Positions 54,150 through 64,000 of a stretch of DNA of 64,000 bases are shown piece by piece. The DNA lies in the NCBI GenBank assembly GCA_023213395.1, contig CM041465.1, forward strand, positions 92,387,741 through 92,451,740, in the 5' to 3' direction. This DNA is from Cycas panzhihuaensis (Eukaryota; Plantae; Cycadophyta). Every line of letters starts with the position of its first letter. Within the stretch, counting starts at the first letter, position 1. The position numbers and the translations under genes are program-made. The notes beneath the pieces were generated by a model. The model ran no database searches, was not told the origin of the DNA, and worked only from the letters and a program-made list of their open reading frames with translations.

Positions 54150-56960
54150 AGGTGTTTATCATGCTACGTTTTATGTTTTTGTTTTTTGGTTTTCAATTTC
54201 CATAAAGCTCTTATTTGTTTCTCATCCATTTTCATCAATTCAATAAATGGTAATCGTAGCGGTAAGACTATTTGTAGACTTTCTGTTTGGAATTCAAGAA
54301 GTACAGTTTCTAGTTCGTAGACTAATTAGAATGGTGTTTGATTATGAGGTCTTTTTACCATTGTCCTATCTGCCCATAACATTGAGTGAAGTCGTTCTGT
54401 TCAATCCATTCATTCTTTGTTACAAATTTTAAACAATACTAATTTTAAAATTTTATTTATGTTTTCTACTTGTCCATTTACTCAAAGATAATACAGAGGG
54501 TTTAGAATGTTGAATCATAAACTCCTTTATAAGATGTTTAATCATTTCATTCAAAAAATTGTTTCTTTGATCTGAAACAATTTCGAAATGGTAGCCAAAT
54601 CTAATGATAATTGTCTTGTATAAAAATCGAACTATGCTTTGAGCATTACATTTCTTCATTGGTTTTGCTTTGGTCAATTTGGTTAGAAAATTCGTGGCTA
54701 CCAAAATATATTTTGCGTTTGTCTATGTGGCTGGTGGACTAATGAGTCCATTAAAATCCAACCCCTATTTTTTGAATTGTATCTGAGCTAGAATGGGATG
54801 TAAGGGCATGAGATGATTTTTTGTTGGCTTACCCGTCTGTTGACATACATCACATCTATGAATCCACTTATTTGTATTCTGAAACAACGTAGACCACTAA
54901 AGTCTAGCTAATATTTTTTTTTTACTGTGGGTTCAACACCTTGGTGCTTCATTGTGACACCTTCATGAGCTCCTCGAATGACAACTTCTACCTCATGTTT
55001 ACATTGTCGATTTTTTCAAAACACGATCTAGTCCTAACTTATATGTCATGCCTTGAATTAGTTAAAAAGGGAAAGTTTTTCGAATGAAACTTTGCCGCTC
55101 TAGTCATTCCATTCTCCATGGTGTTTGTCCTATGGCCAAATACTATGCAATATTCTCATACCATTTGGGTACTGCATCGATGAAAAATAATTCTACATGT
55201 GAAAAATCATATTGGATTCCTATAGTTGATTCACCTTTAGCTTCTTTTGATAGCAGGTCTGGAATTATATGCTTATATCATTTTTTAAATATAATTTTTA
55301 AATTGAATTTTTGGAATAACATCAGCCATCTGTTGATTCTTCTTTGTAAAATAAGTTTATTCACCAAATATTGCAAAGTTAGTTTACAAAAAAAGATAAA
55401 TGGATCAGCTAATAAATAATGTCTAATTTTTTTTAGAGGATAAACTATGCCTAAGTCTTCTCGTTCCTTAATTGATTAGTTATGTTCTACTTCTATTAAG
55501 TTTTGGCTTACAAAATATATTAGTATGTCTGCTTTACTATCTTCTGGTTATGCTAATACATATCTGATGACAAATAAAGAAGTATCTATGTGTACATGGA
55601 ATGGTTTGTCTGAGTTAGGAAATTTTAGTATTGATGCGTGGGTGACTTTCTTCTTTAACAATTCAAATGCAAATTAATGTTGTAGTTTTCATTACCATCC
55701 AAATTTCTTCTTCAACAAAGATTCTAATGGATTAACTGTCTGGGCATAATTTTTTATAAACTTTCGATAATATCCTGTTATTCCTAAAAATCTCTTAACC
55801 TGTTTCTGTGTCTTAGGAACTTAAAAATTTAAAATTACAACTACTTTGTTTGGATCAGTGAGCAACCTGTTCATAGTAATTGCATGACCTAACAAAGTCT
55901 CGAAAAGAACCATGAATGTGCACTTAGTCGGATGTAAACATAATTTATTTTTTTTACAAGTTTTCAGCATCAAATATAAATAGTCAAGATGGTTTTTTAG
56001 CAGAGTGAATAGTGTCCAATCATTTAAAAATACCTCAATTATTTTTTCAATAGTTTATTTTAAAATATTTAAGATCACTCTTTAAAATGCAATAAGAACA
56101 TTGGTCAATTTGAATAACGTACTTCTAAATGCATATGTACCTTATTATGTGACGAAAGTCGTCATCAGTTGGTCTTCTGTTGCGATCCGTATAACTTTTT
56201 CTAAGATATTTTTAGTAAATAGAATAGGAAATGGATCATTTTTTGTTGCCTTGTTTAGAGATCAATAATCAACACTGACTCTGAGTTTTCCATTCCTTTA
56301 TTTGGAATGACTATGACTAAGTTTATCCATTCGTTGTTTTCTAGTTTGAAGATATAGTCTGCTTCGAACAGCTTATCAACTTTCACCTCTTCCTTATATT
56401 TTGGATTTATGCAGTACAAGCGCTATCTTATTGGTTTAACTCCTTTCATTAATTCTATCTTGTATTCGCTCAATTCAGATGGAATGCCTTTAAAGTCCTT
56501 ATAAGAATAGACAAAAATGTCCTTGTATTCCAGAAATAATGAGGTGGCTTGCTGCACTGTCTCTGCATCCTAATAATCTCCTAAACTAATTATTTGAGGC
56601 TGCCATTCTATTCTAATGTTAATTTTCAACAACTTAAGCTTTTCTCCTTCCATTGTCTTACCATCCAGGGTCACTGTATATGTCAAAGTATTATCTATGA
56701 TGTGTTCACTATATTCCACTATGGAATAACTAGGAGGAAATGATTGAGATTCTAGCTAAATCTTTTCTTTTACTTCTCCACTAATGCATAAGCAAGATTT
56801 TTCTTTTTCCATGGTTTTTTGTCTTTGAATTTTTGCAAAATTTTCTTGATTTGTCCATATTTATTATGGTATGCAAAAGTCTAGTAAATTTCAATCTTTT
56901 CTCCCAAAGATTCTTTACTAGATTCTTCAGTTCCTCCATTGTATGACACCATCACACTTC
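54150..56960 (-). mobile_element. Athila-like Ty3/gypsy pol remnant (RT, RNase H, integrase)
   Basis: Minus strand 'LNKATKNDPFP', 'RFLGITGYYRKFIKNYA', 'PFHVHID', 'RHYLL'; integrase 'IIIRFGYHFEIVSDQRNNFLN' (ORF 54453-54704). Gypsy domain order. Confidence 0.8.
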
Positions 56961-58921
56961 ATCCGGGTATTTAATATCTGTCTTATACAGGCGCCCAACA
57001 TCGCATCCATGCGCCAGATGCCCCTGTAATAACAAACGACAACTAATAAGAAAAAAAACCAATCGCACCTTTTGTGTGATGCGAAAATTATAGATATAAA
57101 TGATATTATAGGGAGTTACAATGGCCTGCCAATATTAAAAGGAATAACGGCCCTGTCGCACAGATATCTTGTAAAAGCTCAATCAGAGTTACACCACACA
57201 AGTGTCATATGCAGATTTCCACGTTACGAAGCTGTATCCTCTACATTAAACTCAAAGTAGAAAAATTTAAAAATTTAGAAAATAGTTCAAACCCTCCGTT
57301 GAAAACCTATCTTAGCTCGTTGCACAAGAACATCGTGACATGCGCTTTCCTCTATCTACACACTCATCGATTTGCCATTTGTGATAGGCACGGTGACTGC
57401 GGCAGTTGGGGGAGTGTGGTGGCGTCCACGCGCCAACGATGACAACAATCACAGTGGCACGTTTTTCAAATTTTATTGTTTATCTTTTATTTTATTTTAT
57501 TTATATAAAGTTTTAAAAATTTAATTGTATTGAATATAATTTTAATTCCAAGGTTTCTAAACCCTAGCCCCCTCATATACTCAGCCCTCGGTCACCTTCA
57601 TTCTCACGTAACCATTAAGTATCACAAAATGGGCTAATTCATTTTCTTATCAATTTTTTTTTTTTTTTTTTTTTAAATTTCATTTTACATAGGTAACTAG
57701 CATTTTTTTTGCCATAACTTCTCACTAGGTCATCAGTTTCTGACGAAACTAGTCTCATTGTGTCTGAAAGTTTCTGTAGATCGATTTTGACTGGTCATAT
57801 GACCAATTTGGAGTTGATTTGACCAATTTTTAGTCAATTTAAAGTTAATTTGTGATTTTTAAAGTATTTTTAAATTTTTTATAAAATCATTTTTTTAACA
57901 GATTATATTTTATTATCGGTGATTATTTTCTACTCAGATCTATTCTGCAGTCATCTACTACCAACAAACTTTATTACTATCTATTTACTTTATTTTTTAA
58001 GATTCATTTTAATCATTATTTTAATCGACCAAAGTGACATTTTAGTGTTTTTTAGCACTTTTTAAATATTTTTATCATACAAGTACTTGTTGCCAATTTC
58101 ATTATAATTTTTTTGTTTCAAATTAGAATTCAGTTCCGTCAGTTTTGTTGGGAAGTTGGTTCAGTCCCCTTCGAACTGATATTATTTTTTATGAATTTTG
58201 AAGTGTTTGTTATTTTTTAAAAGCATTAAATTAGAGGTACTTAATAGTCTCTAACCTGCCATATTTACACATTTTGTATATATTATTTTTTAAAATTTCA
58301 ATTGAAAATTATATTGAGCAGCCTTCCAAACTATAATTGATCATTTTATAGCATTCCTTAAGTACCTTTTAACATTTTTTATTATTTTAAGCCTCAGGCT
58401 CCTATTATGTTTTAAAAAGAGGTCTGTACATTTGGTTCATCAAAATATTGACTTATAGGAATTCGTTTTCAAAATGGTTAGTTCCATTGAATAGTTCTTT
58501 CGTTAATCTTCAATCTGGTAAAGTTTTACTTTATTCTGATATCGTTTAGTACAGTTTTGAAGCTGCTAAACTTACGTATTTAAGATACACCAACATTACC
58601 TTATCCAGACATTTTATTTTTCATTTTTAAAGTTTATTTCATATTTGCATATTTAAGAGGATATTTGTTAGACTTCAAATTTGCTTATATATTTATTATA
58701 TTTCAAATTCTATCTGAAATTATATCTTATAAGGTTGTCATTTATTCGAAATGTATACATTTATCGAAAAGTATTTTTTATTCATCATTGTTGAAAAACT
58801 TATTTCTTTATTGCACTTATAAAAGTTACATTTAGTTGATTCACTTTTAAAAGGCATTACATCTTTTTCAAAAAATTTATTTGAAATCATATATGTTTAT
58901 TAGTTTATTGACTTCTTTGAC

Positions 58922-59623
58922 TTGGTAAAAGCATACATTTTATGCACTAAAGTTTTTCTTAATAAAATGACAATAAATCTTGATCAAGTACAATTTCTCA
59001 TTTTTTATGGCCATAATTTTTCACTATGGCATAAGATTATTACGCATGATCTTTGGAAATATTTACAAGATGAATATGATGTTAGTATTAAGAAAAATAT
59101 TAAAAAAGATAATGAAGCATTATCATTACTATTTTGCACTATAAATGATGATGTATTTTCTGAAGTTTGTAAATTAACTACTTCTAAATCCGTATGGGAT
59201 GTATTGATTTTCACTTATGTAGAAGATACCCTCAATGTATTTGATGTTGATTTTGTTGAGTATGTGAGACAGGTGCTAAAACAGGTGGATTATAATAATA
59301 AACAAAGGAAGATTCAGATCAAATGCATGATCAACTCATACGTTAACCCCGATCCTCCATTTGATGGGGAGAATGAATCTTATGATATGATAGAAGAGAG
59401 TTATGATGATATGACAATTGCACATAATACAAAGTTTTCAAAAGATAAAGTTCAAGTTCAAAATTTTCTTAAAGTTTCAATTGACAAAATCAAAGTTACA
59501 ACTACACATCTACTTTTGAATCAAGCTTCATTCACTTACAGATTTTTTGTACCACTTCATCATAGAAGGACACATGTTATTAGAAGGTTGACGCAAGTTA
59601 ATAAAGATCAAGTTAAGAGATAG
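58922..59623 (+). mobile_element. Copia gag-like N-terminal ORF (233 codons) followed by PPT and LTR-like sequence (59705-~60100); gag-only derivative
   Basis: 'FYGHNFSLW...DLWKYL...KKDNEALSLLFCTINDDVFSEV...TSKSVWDVL' resembles the copia gag N-terminus (DUF4219/UBN2 type). PPT attaaggggg then TGTTGG at 59705 and ...CTACA at ~60101. Confidence 0.6.
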
Positions 59624-60109
59624 AATTTGAAAGTTTTTTTTTAAGTACAAATTCCATAAGTTTAAAGAGAAGACATTGTTTGTGATGACTATTAAGGGGG
59701 TGAATGTTGGGATTAACGCTCATCACCCCTCTCTCACCTTCCAACTAGGAGTGCACACCTCATTTTCATCAATTTACACGTGTGGGTGTTCAATATATAT
59801 AGGTAAGTATAAGGTAAGTTTAATTAATTTGAGTTAAATTTATTTTGAGTTAAATTATGATTATTTTATTGTTATTTAAATTTTAGAGGTTGAGGAGTTT
59901 CCCTCCTACCCCAAACCATATAATTTAGGGGGTGTGCAACTCTGGTGTCTTTAGACACCGCTTACAATATTAGACATTTGTATTACTCTCTTTACAATGG
60001 ATTGAATACAATGGATCTTGTGTTTATGTAACAATGATGTACTGATCTATGATTATTTGTTTATGTTCTACCCTGTTCCCCATCACATTATTTTTCCTAC
60101 AAAGGATGT

Positions 60110-61839
60110 AACCAGTTTTAATATGGCATTGATTGTCAAATTAGGGTGGAGCCTAGCCACTAAGGAGGAGAGGCTTTGATGCAAGATTGTGGCCAGGAAA
60201 TACTTGAGGGGTAACTAATTTTTGGAGCTCATTTCCCTCGACATCTAAGGTTCAACTATCTAGAGGAGTTTACTAGGCGTGAGGGAGATGCTAGATTCTA
60301 GGGCCCAGTGGTGTTTGGGCAATGGGAAATCTATTAATTTCTAGAAGAACCCCTGGTGCGACAAATCCCAACTATTGAGTAGCCCTTCTTTTGCTTCTTT
60401 GTAGGAAGATTGTGTGAGTCTCTATGGAACAAAAGTGGCTGATTATTTGGATTTTCGAGAAGAAGAGAAGGTGGAGAGATTTTAGAGAAATCTCCCACGC
60501 CCTAGACCGCGAGTATCAGATTACTGCGCTTAGAAAAGAGATTAAGAGGATATATATTCCCAAATTTCCAAAGGAGGACACCTTAGTTTGACCAGGGTCC
60601 AAGACAAGGATATATACGGTCAAGTCTGGCTATCTCGCTTTAATGTCTGAGAGAGGTCTTATTGAAAACAAGCTCTTGGGTAGAGTGTGGAACATGGGGT
60701 TGCTCCTAAAGATTACCATTTTCTGGTGGCTGAGTTTGAAGAATAAGATTCTTACTCTTGATAACTTAAGGAAGAGAGGTTTCTCCCTAGCTAATAGATG
60801 TATCCTTCGTATGCAGGAGGTGGAGTTTGTGGATCATCTTTTCTTGCACTGCTCTTATACTAGAAAGATGTGGGCGATGTTGTGGAGTGCCTTTGGGGTT
60901 CTTTGGATTCTCTCGGCTTCAGTTATAAATCTTGTTGAGGCTTGGGTATGCCCATTTAGTAGTAAGACTCTGAGAGCCTTGTGGACTCCTTCTTTACCTG
61001 CGCTGGGGTGGAATGCCTGGAAAGAGAGGAATAGGCACATATTTCAAGAAAGGAGAATGAATGAACAGAGACTCTTCAGAATCATCCTGGTGACTGTGAA
61101 GGAGAACCTCAAGGAAGTTGAGGAAGTCACTATCTCCTCCGATGAAAGAAGAGTCCTTGCTAATTGGGGTATTGAGAACTTTAAAGTAAAGCATGTGTTA
61201 GAGAGACAGGGGCTATGGAGACCCCCGTCGCAAGATTGGGTAAAGGTCAACTTCGACAGAGCTTCCAAAGGTAATCCCAGTGAGGCCGGGGGAGGCGGGA
61301 TTTGCAGAGATGAAAATGAGAAGATAATTTGGGCCTTTGGAGATTACTATGGCACTCAGAGTAACCACAAGACTGAAATTGAAGTGATGTGTAGAGCAGT
61401 GGATCTTGTTTTTAAAGAGGGATACTCGAGAATTATAATGGAAGGAGATTCAATAAATGTGGTTAAACTGATTAGGGGGGAAGCAGAGCCAGATTGGCAA
61501 CATCACGCCATGATCAGTGATGTAAGGATGGTGCTTCAAAGTAGAGACTATCAGGTGTGTCACATTTATAGGGAAGGCAACAAGGTGGCTGATAGGTTGG
61601 CCAACTGGGGGGTTCAATCTAGAAGATTTGAGGTTTGAAAGATAAAGTTTCCTAAAGAGATCGTAGGTCTGGCCAGAAAGGATGCTGAACGCTGATATTT
61701 ATCAGAGATTAGTATGACATTTCTTGTTTAGCTAGGCCGTGGGCTTGTCAAAGCTGATTTGCAGAGCCTTATGGGCAGACTGTGTATAGGGGTTGGGGTC
61801 CCCTTTTAATCTCCATTTATTTAAACCTTATATAAAAAA
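60110..61839 (+). mobile_element. 5'-truncated L1 LINE with RNase H (LINE-D), same family as LINE-A
   Basis: ORF2 C-terminal part from 'FNMALIVKLGW'; 3' UTR resembles that of LINE-A; A-rich tail at ~61834; possible TSD aaag(g/a)atg. Confidence 0.85.
60643..61638 (+). CDS. Open 331-codon zf-RVT plus RNase H fragment of LINE-D ORF2
   Basis: 'KILTLDNLRKRG...DHLFLHC', 'WVKVNFDRASKGNPSEAGGGGICRD', 'NHKTE', 'IIMEGDS', 'HIYREGNKVADRLAN'. The four acidic RNase H catalytic positions are present. Confidence 0.55.
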   Translation: MSERGLIENKLLGRVWNMGLLLKITIFWWLSLKNKILTLDNLRKRGFSLANRCILRMQEVEFVDHLFLHCSYTRKMWAMLWSAFGVLWILSASVINLVEAWVCPFSSKTLRALWTPSLPALGWNAWKERNRHIFQERRMNEQRLFRIILVTVKENLKEVEEVTISSDERRVLANWGIENFKVKHVLERQGLWRPPSQDWVKVNFDRASKGNPSEAGGGGICRDENEKIIWAFGDYYGTQSNHKTEIEVMCRAVDLVFKEGYSRIIMEGDSINVVKLIRGEAEPDWQHHAMISDVRMVLQSRDYQVCHIYREGNKVADRLANWGVQSRRFEV

Positions 61840-62099
61840 GAATGATCATCTCCATTCCAAAATTAAGGTAATTCATATTTTTAGAATCTATTAAAAAAAT
61901 TTTACTTATTTCTTCCTAAGAATCAAATTATTGTGCATATGTCACATATTATAAACATGTTTCATCTATTAAAGAGTAAAAGGAAACACAAGATACCAAA
62001 AAATTGATTGTCATTTATTTCTCATTATATCAATACATTGTTCAAGATATTTTTTTGCTTGCTCTAAATGGCCATCATATTTATGAAGTTCATAATTTT

Positions 62100-64000
62100 T
62101 TTTAGCATAGGTTAAATCTCCTTGCATATTTCTTTCTATTTGTAGAAGTTATAGTTACACTTCTTCCTCTTCTCCATTATCTTTATCTGAAGAATCTATG
62201 CACAACTCTAGATGGTAGCATAAGGCCAATTTTATATTTTCTCAAGTATTATGAAGCAAGTTCAACATGTAAGATGGCAAATGACTACTTGGCAAGGTTG
62301 ATTGCATTTGAAATGTTGTTTATGAGCAAGGGTTTATTGTTGATTATGTTGTGGTTATGGTGGATGATGCTTTTCCTTCATCTTCAATTTTTTCTATTTG
62401 TGGTCCATCCAAGCATAAGGGAAAAGTAATTGTCTCTTTTCCTGCTGGTAATGTAAATATATATTTTCCCCAATCTTGGATGGCTTCTTTAGCTAACAAA
62501 TGTCTCAATAAAGTTGGGTAAGTCTTCTTTTGGCCTTACATCCTAACCACTGCAAAATCTAACAATACAGTAACATCTACAACAGTTACTTGGATATTCA
62601 GTAATGTATCCATGGGCCTTATCTATAATTGGTTGGCCAACCTAATTGAATAGTTAGGGACAATCCCATTGGGTCTTTCTAAGGCTATCTAAGAGGATTA
62701 TGGTAATACATTCACCCATGGCCCTCCATTGATAATTGTCTTACATAAGGGTTGTTAAAAAAACTATTATTAGGGCTCTTGGATACACTCTAGTATTCTT
62801 AATAGCCCTTAGTATTAGTTTTTTAATTTGCTCCAGTGCTAATTGTGAACCCACTATTTAAAGACAATCGATATAGGAATTGAAACTCCTAATTCACTAA
62901 GCAAATATTTCACTATTTGTAATTATTTCCAAGGGTTTTTACCTTCTTATGTTGATTGTGTTTGATCCACTATTCTTTTGTAATGCAAACCTTTAAATCT
63001 CTGGTCCTATGAAGTTTTTCCTGTTGTTCTTCCTCCACGGTTTCTTGAAGAATTTTTACGGCTTCCTGCAGTCATTACTTTTCCAATGAAGGATCTACAA
63101 AATTATTTTTAAGAGGAGGCCTTGTTATCTTACTAGTACATGTTTGTAGATATGCAGGTGTTTCTTTATCTCAGACCACATTTACTGAAGTAGCATTCTA
63201 TATCTTAATATGCTTTGGGCAATTTACCCATTCATGATCTGTAAGTCTACACTCCTCATAAATAAATTCTCTTCTTTTCTTCTTCAGTGGATATTCAGAT
63301 TTATAGTGCCTCCGTCTTTGACATAAAAAACAATGAATTGGCCTTGGCTTTTCTTTGTATTGCTTCATCACCCCCACATTCTATTTTTTGCGAATATATA
63401 ATGTGGACTTCTCCTTTGTTTTTTTTTAGTTTGAAAAAATATTCTTAAGTATTATAATTATTTCATTGATAATTATCACACCATTTTGAAGATCTGTTAT
63501 GTTCTTTTCTTTAGATGTCCTTGCTATTTGTAAGGTGGGGGACACCAAATATTTTCTCTTGATTTTTCCATTTGTAGATGAGACAGTTCTACATGTAGCT
63601 TTTCTAACTCCTGATTCTGTTGCATACTTGATGGAGTAGAAATTAATGGTTGTTACTTTAACGCTTCTACCTCCTCCTTCAAGGTTTCAATTTCTAGGTT
63701 CATACCCATTTATGGTATTTACAAGAGTTGTGTCCCAATGCCTATTATTGGAGAATATATTGAAGATTGCATTGTCATTTGGGAGTATGCTGACTTCGTT
63801 TAATTTTTAAATTTTAAAGTTAACTCCCTTGCTCGTAATTATTCATCAGATGTAACATTACTTTATCCCTAAGTTGCGGTATCAATCTCCTACACAAAGT
63901 ATTTCATGGTAAGCATGGGATTTATTATCATAGCAGACTGTATTTTATTCATGATAACTCTCATTCTTCTATCAAAATCATTAACAGATTTTCTAAGATA
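62100..64000 (-). mobile_element. Gypsy gag/aspartic-protease remnant, probably the 5' part of the Athila-like element at 54150-56960
   Basis: Minus strand 'IINGGPWVNVLP...SIRLANQL.IRPMDTLLNIQVTV...LDFAVV...YPTLL...AIQDWG' (~62400-62740) is protease-like, and the order is consistent with RT lying further downstream at ~56500. Confidence 0.65.

Noticed and set aside
1-64000. CRISPR arrays, prokaryotic operons or defence systems
   Set aside because: The sequence is spliceosomal-intron plant DNA; no regularly spaced repeat-spacer array is present, and all RT domains belong to LINE or LTR elements.

Overview
Eukaryotic land-plant nuclear DNA, AT-rich and transposon-dense. Heavy C>T/G>A decay suggests a large, strongly methylated seed-plant genome, possibly a gymnosperm (inference only). 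There is one intact host gene: a 10-exon importin-alpha (IMPA1/2-like, 532 aa, + strand, 41717-46380). Most of the rest is nested, decayed retroelements. These are: a Ty1/copia remnant interrupted by a 1.6-kb TRIM-like element; a chromovirus tail; a CRM-like Ty3/gypsy element sitting in a TA/CA/TG microsatellite, whose 3' LTR carries an RNase-H-bearing L1 LINE that itself carries a second full-length L1; a chromovirus carrying a third full-length L1; and an Athila-like element split by a gag-only copia derivative and a 5'-truncated fourth L1. Downstream of the gene lie a 2-kb retroelement fragment bracketed by identical 87-bp direct repeats and a tandemly duplicated plastid trnL-CAA fragment (NUPT). 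The most interesting signals are the direct-repeat-bracketed insertion and the features shared by the divergent L1 copies: a 3' motif plus hairpin, AUGA ORF1/ORF2 coupling, a PIP-box-like ORF1 tail, and one still-open zf-RVT/RNase H ORF. Coordinates were read by eye; TE clade names are motif-based and not database-verified.
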